NCBI GenBank assembly: GCA_964427545.1
Contig: CAYRUT010000004.1
Span: 3,638 to 67,637 of the forward strand
Length of the DNA: 64,000 bases
DNA from: an uncultured Bifidobacterium sp.
Lineage (GTDB): Bacteria; Actinomycetota; Acidimicrobiia; Acidimicrobiales; Ilumatobacteraceae
Direction: 5' to 3'
The translations under genes and the position numbers were made by a program. Of this stretch, positions 1 to 9,552 are shown piece after piece; position 1 is the first letter of the stretch; every line of letters begins with the position of its first letter. Under the pieces are notes generated by a model. It was not told the origin of the DNA and did no database searches. It was given only the letters and a program-made list of their open reading frames with translations.

Positions 1-845
1 CAGTGCATGTCGGTGTACTTCACGTCGAAGTACTGCATCCAGTCGTACAACGCGTCGGCCGGCACGGGCATCGGGCACACATCGCGTTCGTCTGCCTTGC
101 ACGGTCTGCCGAGAGTGTGGGCAACGACACGCGAGATGTACCACTGCAACGCCACAACCCCGCGGATGTTCGGGTGGATACCGTCTCTCCTGAACCAGTT
201 GGTACGGCCCTTCGTGAACGATTTCCAGTCTGCGACTGACATGTTCGACGACTGTTGAGTGTCAGCCACCCGCCTGATGATCTCGTTGACGGCCTTCGGG
301 GTCCACGGTCCGTTGCGGGTCGACTTGGTTGCCCAGCTGAAATCGCGCAGGGTCAAGACGACGAGTCGTGAGCCTCTCTGTTCGGTGAGTCTCTGTATCT
401 TCAGCAGCTCAGGCTTGACGTCGTTGCCGATGTTGTGCGTTCCGGCCATCACCACCACGACATCGAACGAACCCTTTGCCGACCTGACAGCCTCGTACGA
501 AGTGGTCGGTCGGCGGTTCTCGCGGCCGTAACACGAGTTCCCGCCGAGCGCCCGGCACGATTCGACATCGACGACATACGTCGCGCCGGTGAGAAGCCGT
601 GTTCCGTCACGGAACCAACGCATCGGCGCCATCGTGGAGTCGCCGACGAGAAGTACCCGCGGCAGAACCGCGGGCGCGGTCGTGTCGTCGACGGTGGTTG
701 ACGGTGTGGAGTCGTCCGTTCCCTCGGCCAATGTGACCCGTGGGTCGGCAACAGACACCACGGACACCGCGCCCACGAGGGCAAAGACCACCGACAGTCG
801 CGCGAGGGCCGTCCGCATGCGGGTCGGGAACGGCAGTCGAGGCAT
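1..845 (-). CDS. Secreted SGNH/GDSL-family hydrolase (partial; 3' end lies outside the window)
   Basis: Open frame from ATG at 845 down to the window edge; it has no stop, so it is absent from the ORF track. Translated by hand: MPRLPFPTRMRTALARLSVVFALVGAVSVVSVA (signal peptide), 'LLVGDSTM' (GDS block I) and 'RDGIHPN' (DxxH block V). Third positions are GC-rich. Confidence 0.7.
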   Translation of the reverse strand, partial: MPRLPFPTRMRTALARLSVVFALVGAVSVVSVADPRVTLAEGTDDSTPSTTVDDTTAPAVLPRVLLVGDSTMAPMRWFRDGTRLLTGATYVVDVESCRALGGNSCYGRENRRPTTSYEAVRSAKGSFDVVVVMAGTHNIGNDVKPELLKIQRLTEQRGSRLVVLTLRDFSWATKSTRNGPWTPKAVNEIIRRVADTQQSSNMSVADWKSFTKGRTNWFRRDGIHPNIRGVVALQWYISRVVAHTLGRPCKADERDVCPMPVPADALYDWMQYFDVKYTDMH

Positions 846-924
846 CAAATCAGGTTATTCCTCGCCGGTCTCGACCCCAAAGCCCGGACAGCCACGCGGG
901 CCGACGGCCGTGCGGGCGACCGAC

Positions 925-3900
925 CTACCGGCGGACGGTCTTGATCAGAACGACCTTGGTGATCGCTTTGCCACGCCGCGGAGTCACGGTGATGCTGATC
1001 TTGCACGAACCTGCCTTCAATGACCGGACACCACCGGTCGAGGTCGTGCAGAACCTCGATGACGACGGGTTCACACGAACCGTGACACGCGATGTCGACG
1101 CCACGGTCATCTTCGCGAGTTTTGCGAGGGACACCCGGGACTTCACCGCGCCCACCTTGATGGTCGTGATCGTCACCGGAACGGGTGCCGGCTTCCAGTT
1201 CACAACCGGCGGAGTCCATGTGGTTGGGGCAGTCGATGGCGGATTGTTGATGGAGCCGGGCGGCACCGTGTTGGGCGGCAGAGTCGGGTTCGAAGGCGGA
1301 GTCGGGTTCGGCGGAGTCGGCGGTGCGACATACGGCCCGAGCATCTCTGATGAAGAATTTCCGCTGACACCGCGGTAGTAGTCCCAGGCGCCGTTGAGGT
1401 CGCCCGGCTCGAGCTGGTCGGGTGACACCCGCAGAAAATGCGTGCCGGTGGGATTGCTGATCCAGCCCTGCATACGACCGGCGGGCGCGCTGTCGAGTTC
1501 GACCATGCGGTCGTTCGCAAAGAGTTTCACCAAACGCCGGCCTGAATCGCCCCTCCGGTCTGTCAGGTCGGATGTCCAACCCATGACCACCCATGAACAA
1601 TCATCAGCGATTGCGTTGAGACCGAAGGCGAATCCGACACTACGGGCGTAGGCGTTGTCGAACTCGACCGCGGTTCCGTCGTCGATGCACTTGATGGTTC
1701 CGTCTCCCCACACACGGGCGAGCGCCGAGCCGTCGGCGCTGACGATCATGTCCAGCCAGTGGGGGTTGGTAGAGCCAAAACTGAGCACGGCGAAATCACC
1801 CGTCGAGTCGTAGTCGCGGTACTCGATAGGCGCCGACTCGGTCTCCTGCACACTCACGATGATGTGCGAGCCCCTGAACGCCAGCAGTCGCATCACCGTC
1901 GTGGCGGGAAACGAGTCGAGGATTCTCGTGGTCGCGAAATTCGTGCCACCCTGCCAACCGAGCCTCACCGGGTTCACGCCGGACGGCAGGTTGACAGACC
2001 ACGCCACTTCGGTTCCGTCGCCGTTCAATCGGTACTGGGAATTCATCAGGAACATCTCGCCGAACGGGCGGATGTCGGGGCCGACCTCGGTGAGTGCGGC
2101 CGTCGACCTGTTGTAGACGAAGTAGTTCTCGCGGGTGTCGCCGTCGCCCTGCAGAAGACCGGCACCTGCCGGGAACTGGTACCCGATGAATGCCGAGCCA
2201 TCGGCGGCGATTGCCTCGACGTCGAGTTGTGACGGCGATGTCTGCACCAGGTTCAGTTTCTCGATCACGAGTGAGTTCGCGGGAATGTACCCGATCGAGT
2301 CATAACCGTTCGTGCTCTTCATGCCGGTCGCCCGCGAGTTCATGAAGATGGAGCCGTCGTCGGCCATCGCGTAGTAATCCGAATTCTCCCCACGGTCGCT
2401 GTAACCCGCAGGGTTCGGGTACACGATGCGCCCGTTCCCGGTCGTGCGCATCTGCACGCGCGACGCAATGAGGCTTCCGTCGTCGCCCGACAGCACGACA
2501 AGCTCCTCGGAGTAACGGGGCGTTCCCGTTCGCTCGACTGACAGAGTCACGGATGTTCCGGCTGCTCCCGCGGCCAGTGTGACAGTCGACGGTACCGACA
2601 GCGCAGACGGGGTGTTCACGGAGAACACGGTGGGCTCGGCAGACGAGACAACACGGGAAACCGTGATGGTCCCTGTCGTCGACGACGAAAGGTCGATGTT
2701 GGTCGACGCGACCTTCGAGAGCAACGTCGGCGAACCGTCGAGCCCTGCGATGGTCATGTGGAAACCGACCTCCTTCGGGGAAGCCACCTGGAGCACTGTC
2801 TCGGTCTGCGAAGGGCGCAGGAGATACGCATAGAGGTGCGGAGTGAACGTGAACGCGGCGGTGCTGCAGACGTTCGAGGCCAGCTTGGTGCACGGCACTT
2901 CGGTTCGTTTCATCGAGTAGTTCCGGTCGATGACCTGGATGTTCAGCGTCGAGGAGTCCCACATGTCGGTGCGGACACTTGTGGGGGTGTAGATCGACAC
3001 GACTGCATCCCCGGAGTGCGGGGGGATACGGATCGTGTTGGGGGCATCAGACCTGAAAGTTCCGCTGAGAGATCTTGCTGCGGGCAGATTCTCGCCGAGG
3101 AGAGTGGCGCTCGCCGACACGAGACCGTTGCCCGACATGTTGTCGAGACCGCTTGCATACCAGTCAGACGCCTTGATGCGGTCCTGCACGGGGTTCGACA
3201 TCGATGCTGCGACCACCCCGATGGCGCACCCCGCACCGATGTCGCAGGTTGTTCCCGATGGTGCTTCGTTGGGGTGCTGCTGGGCCAGCAACGCGGCGAT
3301 GCCCGCGACGTACGGCGCCGCCATCGAGGTTCCGGCCTTCACGGTTCCGCCACCTGCAATCTGCACGGCAGTGGTTTGTGCGGCGATGATGCCCGACCCG
3401 GGAGCAAGAAAATCGATGCCCGCACGCCCGTCTCCCGTCGGGCCGACACTGGAGAAGAACGCCTGGTACGCGCCGTACTTCGACACGCTCGCGGCGCCGA
3501 TCGTCGTTGCGAACTCGGCGACACCGGGCGAGCCGATGGTGCGGGGGGCGTCGCCGTCGTTGCCGGCGGCGACTGCCACGAACAGGCCCGCCGCCACCAT
3601 TCGGTTGACTGCGATGCTCTTGCTGTCCTGACCGTTCTGACCCGTGCCGCTCGACCCGAGTGACATGTTGACTGCGTCGATTCCGTACGTGGCCTTGTTG
3701 GCAATGATCCAGTTGATTGCGTTGAGAATCTCGGAATCAGTCGTTTCCTCTGCGCAGTTGAACACCCTGACATCGATGATCTTGGCACCCGGTGCGACTC
3801 CCCTCATGTTCGACGGGGTGAAGTTGCCGGGCTTGCCGGCGATGATCGAGGCAACATGCGTGCCGTGTCCGCTCGGGTCGAGAAACCCTCTGTCTGTGCA

Positions 3901-4509
3901 GGACCCCGTCGGCGTGCTGAAGTCCTGACGATGTATCACCTGACCCGCGAGACCCGACGCATTCGAGTCGACCCCGGTGTCCATCACCACCACAACCGAA
4001 CCCGTGCCGTCGATTCCGAGTTGTTGCTGCGTCGACACGAGTCGCGAGTCGGTGTCAGGAATCGTGACTTCTGCATCCCACAACCCGGCAGGTTGGACCA
4101 TCGGGCGCACAGGGTCGCGTTGCAGACTGGTGGGGTCGGTCGGCAGCCTGACCGTTGCATCGAGGTCGACGACCGCGGCGCCCGAGTCGGCCAGGTCGAG
4201 AATGGTCTCGTGTGAGAGTCGCCCCGCATACGTCGATTCGCCGATCGACCTCATCTGGTCGAGAATCTCGCGGACGCGAGAGTTGTCACGCGCGGAGTCG
4301 TCGGCCGTGACCACCACCTTGGCCGTCGACGAGCGTTGCAGAACGCGGAGAACAGCATCGGCGACGGGGTCGAACCCGTCGGCACCCGGCGCGTCGGTCG
4401 ATGCTGCCGGCATTCCGAGTGCCGAGAGCGGTGTCGCGGGAGCCACACTCACCAGGCAACCTGCGGTGACTGCGGTTGCGAATCGACGTAACCGCCTCAC
4501 TCTTGACAC
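925..4509 (-). CDS. Secreted subtilisin-like serine protease (peptidase S8) with a large C-terminal extension
   Basis: ORF 925..4560. Catalytic triad motifs 'VVVMDTGVD', 'GHGTHVASIIAG' and 'GTSMAAPYVAGIAALL'. The track start at 4560 is TTG; GTG at 4509 gives an Arg-rich signal peptide, VSRVRRLRRFATAVTAGCLVSVAPATPLSALG. The C-terminal half has repeated DG(S/T) blade-like motifs, a Pro/Thr linker and a basic tail. Confidence 0.9.
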   Translation of the reverse strand: MSRVRRLRRFATAVTAGCLVSVAPATPLSALGMPAASTDAPGADGFDPVADAVLRVLQRSSTAKVVVTADDSARDNSRVREILDQMRSIGESTYAGRLSHETILDLADSGAAVVDLDATVRLPTDPTSLQRDPVRPMVQPAGLWDAEVTIPDTDSRLVSTQQQLGIDGTGSVVVVMDTGVDSNASGLAGQVIHRQDFSTPTGSCTDRGFLDPSGHGTHVASIIAGKPGNFTPSNMRGVAPGAKIIDVRVFNCAEETTDSEILNAINWIIANKATYGIDAVNMSLGSSGTGQNGQDSKSIAVNRMVAAGLFVAVAAGNDGDAPRTIGSPGVAEFATTIGAASVSKYGAYQAFFSSVGPTGDGRAGIDFLAPGSGIIAAQTTAVQIAGGGTVKAGTSMAAPYVAGIAALLAQQHPNEAPSGTTCDIGAGCAIGVVAASMSNPVQDRIKASDWYASGLDNMSGNGLVSASATLLGENLPAARSLSGTFRSDAPNTIRIPPHSGDAVVSIYTPTSVRTDMWDSSTLNIQVIDRNYSMKRTEVPCTKLASNVCSTAAFTFTPHLYAYLLRPSQTETVLQVASPKEVGFHMTIAGLDGSPTLLSKVASTNIDLSSSTTGTITVSRVVSSAEPTVFSVNTPSALSVPSTVTLAAGAAGTSVTLSVERTGTPRYSEELVVLSGDDGSLIASRVQMRTTGNGRIVYPNPAGYSDRGENSDYYAMADDGSIFMNSRATGMKSTNGYDSIGYIPANSLVIEKLNLVQTSPSQLDVEAIAADGSAFIGYQFPAGAGLLQGDGDTRENYFVYNRSTAALTEVGPDIRPFGEMFLMNSQYRLNGDGTEVAWSVNLPSGVNPVRLGWQGGTNFATTRILDSFPATTVMRLLAFRGSHIIVSVQETESAPIEYRDYDSTGDFAVLSFGSTNPHWLDMIVSADGSALARVWGDGTIKCIDDGTAVEFDNAYARSVGFAFGLNAIADDCSWVVMGWTSDLTDRRGDSGRRLVKLFANDRMVELDSAPAGRMQGWISNPTGTHFLRVSPDQLEPGDLNGAWDYYRGVSGNSSSEMLGPYVAPPTPPNPTPPSNPTLPPNTVPPGSINNPPSTAPTTWTPPVVNWKPAPVPVTITTIKVGAVKSRVSLAKLAKMTVASTSRVTVRVNPSSSRFCTTSTGGVRSLKAGSCKISITVTPRRGKAITKVVLIKTVRR

Positions 4510-4597
4510 CCACGAAGCATACGGGAAATTCTTTACGTCGCCCGGGTCGTCACGACACAACTACCATCATTTTCACCGCAGATCTGGGGAGGCTCGA

Positions 4598-5995
4598 ATG
4601 GATCTATGGAAACTTGATGCGACCGAGACTGCCGCGCGCGTGGCTGCCCGGGAGATATCGGCGGGAGAAGTCGTCGAGGCACACCTTGCACGCATCGACG
4701 ACGTCAACCCGCACGTGAACGCAATCGTTCGTGATGCAAGCGACGAGGCCCGTGCGACTGCTGCGTCGGTCGACCAGGGGAAGACCACGGGAAGCCTCGC
4801 AGGCGCGGTGTTCACCTCGAAGATCAACACCGATCACGTCGGTTACCCCACCGACAACGGCATCAAGGCGCTCGCCGGGAACATCGGCACGGTGAACCAC
4901 CCGGTCGTGCGCGGGCTGCTCAACGAAGGTCTCGCAATGGTGGGTCGCACGAACTCACCTGCATTCGCGATGCGGTTCCACACCCAGAACGACCTGCACG
5001 GAGAGACCCTCAACCCGCATTCGCGCGACGTGAGCTGCGGTGGCTCGAGCGGTGGTGCCGGCGTCGCTGTCGCAACCGGCATGTGCCATGTCGCGCAGGG
5101 GAACGACGTAGCGGGTTCGGTCAGGTGGCCCGCCACGTTGAACGGTGTTCTCGGGTTGCGCCCGACCATCGGCCGGATGCCGACAGGCGGGACCAACCCC
5201 GCGGCGCCACGCGGGTGGTCTGCCGCCAACATGTCGACCCAGGGGCCACTCGCCCGCACGATGCGAGATCTTCGTGCCGCCTACCGAGCGATGGCGACAG
5301 GAGACTGGAACGAACCGTTCTGGGTGCCGGCGCCGCACCAGTTCCCCTCGGACGGCTCCCGCATCAAGGTCGCTCTGGTCACGAGCGACGGCGACGACAT
5401 CGACACGCATGTTGTCGACGCCGTACGGAGAGTCGGCGATGCACTCGCCGATGCCGGATACGAAGTCAACGAAGCGGTGCCGCCGATGACCGACACCTTC
5501 TTCTCGATGTGGGAACGGGTGGGAACACTCGACATCTCGCTCGGTCTCGCGCCGATGCTGCCGGGCATCGACGACTCCGGTCTCACGGCATCGATAACAG
5601 ACTGGGTCAGCACTCTCCCCCCGCCGACACCGCAGACGTTCATGGCCGCGTTGAACGACCGCGACCTGTTGATGCGTGCGTGGAACGTCTTCCTTGCCGA
5701 GTACCCGTTGATCATCACCCCGATGATGGCGAAGGCGTCGATTGCACGTGCGTTCGACGTGTCGTACAAGGGGGCAATGGCCGAACTGTTGCACCACGGG
5801 CGTTGGGGCGTGAATCTCTCGGCGATCGCATTGCCCGCCCTCGCATTCCCTGCCGGTCACGTCGACGGAGTGCCCATCGGGGTGCAGATGGTGGCGCACC
5901 AATGGCGCGAGGACATTTTGCTCGACGCCGGTGACGCACTCGAGCAGCGCTTCGGGGTCGTCGACCCTGTCGATGTTGCCTGGGCGGGTCGGTGA
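4598..5995 (+). CDS. Amidase (amidase-signature family, GatA-like)
   Basis: In-frame ATG at 4598 within ORF 3977..5995 (MDLWKLDATE...). Amidase signature 'CGGSSGGAGVAVATG'. The upstream part of the ORF lies antisense to the protease gene and is an artefact. Confidence 0.9.
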   Translation: MDLWKLDATETAARVAAREISAGEVVEAHLARIDDVNPHVNAIVRDASDEARATAASVDQGKTTGSLAGAVFTSKINTDHVGYPTDNGIKALAGNIGTVNHPVVRGLLNEGLAMVGRTNSPAFAMRFHTQNDLHGETLNPHSRDVSCGGSSGGAGVAVATGMCHVAQGNDVAGSVRWPATLNGVLGLRPTIGRMPTGGTNPAAPRGWSAANMSTQGPLARTMRDLRAAYRAMATGDWNEPFWVPAPHQFPSDGSRIKVALVTSDGDDIDTHVVDAVRRVGDALADAGYEVNEAVPPMTDTFFSMWERVGTLDISLGLAPMLPGIDDSGLTASITDWVSTLPPPTPQTFMAALNDRDLLMRAWNVFLAEYPLIITPMMAKASIARAFDVSYKGAMAELLHHGRWGVNLSAIALPALAFPAGHVDGVPIGVQMVAHQWREDILLDAGDALEQRFGVVDPVDVAWAGR

Positions 5996-6007
5996 CAGCC
6001 GCGGGGC

Positions 6008-7537
6008 TCAGCCCTTGGTGAGATACTCGTTGCGCAACTGCTGCTTGTACAGCTTGCCCGTTGCGAGACGCGGCAGCTCGTCGCGGAAGTCGATGCGTCT
6101 CGGGCACTTGATCGTCGCGAGGTTCTCGCGGCAATAGTCAATGAGTTGCCGTTCGAGTTCGGCATCGCCCACGACACCGTCGGCAGGTTGCACCACGGCG
6201 TGGACGATCTCACCCATGTCGTCGTCGGGCAGACCGAACACGGCGGCGTCGGCCACCGCGGGATGCATGATCAGTGCGTTCTCTGCTTCCTGGGGATACA
6301 CGTTCACGCCACCCGAGATGATCATGAATGCCTTGCGGTCGGTGAGGAAGAGATAGCCGTCTTCGTCGACGTACCCGATGTCACCCATCGTCGCCCATCC
6401 CTGTTCGGTGCGCGTCGACTGGGTCTTTGCGGCATCACCGTGGTACCGGAAGCCCGCGGCCATCGGCGACTCGAAATAGATGGTGCCGGCCTCGCCGGGA
6501 GGCAGTTCGTTGCCCTCGTCGTCGAGAATGTGCAGCACCGCGTTCGTGGGGCGTCCGACCGTCCCCGGCCTCGCCAACCACTCCTCACTCGTCACCGAGG
6601 TCTGGCCGGGACCCTCTGTACCCGCGTAGTACTCGTAGATGATCGGACCCCACCACTGGATCATCTGGTGCTTCAACGGAACGGGGCACGGTGCGGCACC
6701 GTGCACGGCGTACTCGTGACTCGAGAGGTCGAAAGACAGTCGCAGTTCGGCGGGCAATGACATCATCCGGCTGAACATCGTGGGCACCCACTGGCTGTGG
6801 GTGATGCGGTGGTCCTGGATCGCCCGCAGTGCCGACTCGGCATCGAACTTCTCCATCACGTACACGGTTCCGCCGAGGCGGTGCACACCGAGCACGAACG
6901 TCAGCGGCGCCGAGTGGTACAGCGGCGCGGGCGACAGGTACCGCATTCCTTCACGGCCGCCGAACGCGAGTTTGAGCGCCAGACCGACACCGGCAACTTC
7001 GCCCGGGTGACGACCCGGCAACGGCCGCACGACCCCCTTGGGCACGCCTGTGGTCCCCGAGGAATACAGCATCGGCCAACCGGCGGTCTCGTCGTCGAGA
7101 GACGTGAGCGGCCGGGCGGCAACGGTCGCGTGATAGTCGAGACAACCGGCCGCGCCCCCCACGGCCAGCACAGACTGCACCGCATCGCAATCGCGAACGG
7201 CCTCGAGTGCCTTGTCGGCGAGTGCAGACGTGGTCACGAGTGAACGCGCGCCGCAGTCGCGCACGATGTACGCGACCTCGCCCGGTGTGAGGTGGGAGTT
7301 GATGGGCGTGAAATAAAGACCGATGCGGTCGGCCGCCCAACAGACCTCGACGAACTCCTTGACGTTCTCCATGAACATCGCGACGTGGTCGCCCGTCGTG
7401 AGCCCCTGCGAACGCCAGAAGTGCGCCAGTTGTCGTGACCTGTCGTCGAGTTCTCCCCATGTGACGGTCTCGCCGCTCGACGTCATCACCACGGCAGGCG
7501 TGTCACGCCCGATCGAATCTGCATCACCCGGGTACAT
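6008..7537 (-). CDS. Acyl-CoA synthetase / AMP-dependent ligase
   Basis: 509 aa. AMP-binding motif 'LYSSGTTGVPKG' and 'GWATMGDIGYVDEDGYLFLTDRK'. Confidence 0.9.
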   Translation of the reverse strand: MYPGDADSIGRDTPAVVMTSSGETVTWGELDDRSRQLAHFWRSQGLTTGDHVAMFMENVKEFVEVCWAADRIGLYFTPINSHLTPGEVAYIVRDCGARSLVTTSALADKALEAVRDCDAVQSVLAVGGAAGCLDYHATVAARPLTSLDDETAGWPMLYSSGTTGVPKGVVRPLPGRHPGEVAGVGLALKLAFGGREGMRYLSPAPLYHSAPLTFVLGVHRLGGTVYVMEKFDAESALRAIQDHRITHSQWVPTMFSRMMSLPAELRLSFDLSSHEYAVHGAAPCPVPLKHQMIQWWGPIIYEYYAGTEGPGQTSVTSEEWLARPGTVGRPTNAVLHILDDEGNELPPGEAGTIYFESPMAAGFRYHGDAAKTQSTRTEQGWATMGDIGYVDEDGYLFLTDRKAFMIISGGVNVYPQEAENALIMHPAVADAAVFGLPDDDMGEIVHAVVQPADGVVGDAELERQLIDYCRENLATIKCPRRIDFRDELPRLATGKLYKQQLRNEYLTKG

Positions 7538-7546
7538 GACTTCTCC

Positions 7547-8593
7547 CTACACCGCCGAAACCAGCGGAACCAGCCGTTCGAGGTTCTCGATCATGTCTGC
7601 CGAAGACCGGCCGACCGGTGCGATGCGGAGCGTGTTGATCCCCGCGGCCTTTGCTTTCGCGATGCGTTCCGTCACCATCGTTTCGGTGCCGATCATGTAG
7701 ATGCTCAACAGGAACTCGTCGTCGACAGCCTGAGTCGCCGCGGCCTTGTCGCCCGAGACCCAGAGACTCTGCACCTTCTTGCACATGTCTCCCCAACCCG
7801 CACGCGAGTAGGCCGAGTTGTAGAAGTTGGTCGATGCCGAACCCATTGCCCCCAGAGTGAACGCGGCATAGGGCCGGTACTTGTCGAGAAGTGCGTCGAC
7901 ATCGTCGCCGACCTCGATGGTGGCGTTGATCTGCAGGTCGAGATCGTCGAGCGTGCGCCCCGACCGTTCGGCACCGGTGCGCAACGACTGCATCACATGG
8001 TCTGATGCTTCGGGAATGAACGAGGTGCCGAGCCAACCGTCGGCGAGCTCGCCGGTCAACTCGAGCATCTTGGGGCCGAGAGTGGCGAGATACAGAGGAA
8101 TCGTCGGGTTCGGGGTCATGCCCAGTTTCAGTGCCTTGCCCTCGCCTCCCGGGCGTGGCAGCACGTAGCGCGGGCCGTCAGAGGTGAGCCGCTCGCCACT
8201 GATTCCCTTGCGCACCACTGTGATGTACTCGCGCAGACGCGCCCCGGAGCGCGCAAACGCCTCCCCGTGGAGACCCTCGACCACCTGCGGACCGCTCACC
8301 CCGAGACCGAGACAGAAACGGTCGTTCGTCAACCGCGCCATCGTGAGGGCGGTCATCGCGGTGGTGGCGGGCGTGCGGGCACTGATCTGCATGATCCCGG
8401 TGCCGAGCCTGATGCGCGATGTCAACGGTGCGAGATACGCCAGCGGTGCAATGGTCTCCATGCCCCACGCCTCGGCAGTCCAGGCAAAGTCGACACCGAA
8501 ACGGTCGGCGGCCTTCACCAACTCGACCATGTCATCCCAGTTAGACCCGTCGTAGTACGCACTGCCGATCGACAATCCCAGTTGCATGGTCAC
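7547..8593 (-). CDS. Luciferase-like monooxygenase (LLM) class, probably F420-dependent oxidoreductase
   Basis: 348 aa with an LLM-type TIM-barrel N-terminus 'LGLSIGSAYYDGSNWDDMVELVKAADRFGVDFAWTAEAWG'. It lies 10 nt downstream of the ligase gene on the same strand. Confidence 0.8.
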   Translation of the reverse strand: MTMQLGLSIGSAYYDGSNWDDMVELVKAADRFGVDFAWTAEAWGMETIAPLAYLAPLTSRIRLGTGIMQISARTPATTAMTALTMARLTNDRFCLGLGVSGPQVVEGLHGEAFARSGARLREYITVVRKGISGERLTSDGPRYVLPRPGGEGKALKLGMTPNPTIPLYLATLGPKMLELTGELADGWLGTSFIPEASDHVMQSLRTGAERSGRTLDDLDLQINATIEVGDDVDALLDKYRPYAAFTLGAMGSASTNFYNSAYSRAGWGDMCKKVQSLWVSGDKAAATQAVDDEFLLSIYMIGTETMVTERIAKAKAAGINTLRIAPVGRSSADMIENLERLVPLVSAV

Positions 8594-8676
8594 CCCCCGG
8601 CGATGACTGTACCGATGAAGTGCGGTGTGCGACGAGTTGCGTAGTCTGCGGGGAGCAATTTCATCGGGGGGAAATC

Positions 8677-9543
8677 ATGGGTGTTGTCTCGACGGGTGTG
8701 AAGAACCCGCGGAATCTGTCGCCACGGTCGCACGGAACCATTCACGACGACGCCGTCGCGAACAAACTGGGGTTCCGCGGCGGTGCGGTGGCCGGTTCGA
8801 TTCATCTCGACCAGTTCGGCCCGGCAATGGTCGAGGCGTTCGGTACCTCGTGGTTCGAGAGCGGCTCGTTGGGCCTGTATTTCCTGCACCCGCTTCTCGA
8901 CATGGAACCGGTCGAGGGAACAATCGATGTCGGCGACGTACCACTGCCCCGGGAGAACTCCCGCTGTGACGTGCACATGACCACCCCCGACGGCATCGCG
9001 GTGGCCGAGGGAACCGCTTCGGTGGGCACAGTGACGTCTGCATCGCCGGTGCTGACCCGCGACCGACGGCCGTGTGACCCGGCTTCGTTGCGCATGCTGT
9101 CGACAGCAAAGATCGGCATGACGTTGCCGACAGTGGTCGAGTCTCCGTACGAGGGAGACCAACGCGACCGGGTGACGAGCGGCATCATGACTGCACCCCT
9201 CGACTGGTATGTCGACGGGTCGCCCTGGGGTGCAACCATCTGTTCTCCGCTCACTGTCTCCCGGTTGATGACGGGCGACGTGATGAAGCCACTCGAGAAA
9301 CTCGTCGGTCGCACCGTCGGTCTGTACGGCGCACTCGAGATGCACCAGGTCAAGGGTCCCCTCTTTCTCGACGAGGACTACGTCGTCGGGGGTGTGTTGA
9401 CAGACGTCTCGGAAACCCCGAAGACCGAGGTTGCATGGTGCGACATGTGGGCTGCGCGCGCATCAGCACCCGACGAGGTTGTGGCCACCTTCACTGTGAT
9501 GACACGGCTGCTGAAAGCGGCATCACCGTTGTACGCCGAATAG
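8677..9543 (+). CDS. Conserved hypothetical protein (possible MaoC-like / double hot-dog fold)
   Basis: ATG at 8677 is in frame in ORF 8620..9543. 'IHDDAVANKLGFRGGAVAGSIHL' resembles the MaoC dehydratase motif. GC3-rich. The function call is weak. Confidence 0.35.
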   Translation: MGVVSTGVKNPRNLSPRSHGTIHDDAVANKLGFRGGAVAGSIHLDQFGPAMVEAFGTSWFESGSLGLYFLHPLLDMEPVEGTIDVGDVPLPRENSRCDVHMTTPDGIAVAEGTASVGTVTSASPVLTRDRRPCDPASLRMLSTAKIGMTLPTVVESPYEGDQRDRVTSGIMTAPLDWYVDGSPWGATICSPLTVSRLMTGDVMKPLEKLVGRTVGLYGALEMHQVKGPLFLDEDYVVGGVLTDVSETPKTEVAWCDMWAARASAPDEVVATFTVMTRLLKAASPLYAE

Positions 9544-9552
9544 ATTGACGGT

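Noticed and set aside
3977-4597. 5' extensions of track ORFs upstream of recognisable family starts. Besides this range, they include 35742-36134, 40199-40549, 41513-42175, 23704-24096, 28480-29409, 29082-29909, 34818-36551, 46250-47518 and 51578-53083.
   Set aside because: In each case the extension overlaps a better-supported gene or has non-protein-like composition. An in-frame ATG/GTG/TTG, often with an RBS or 4-nt coupling, coincides with the start of the conserved domain.
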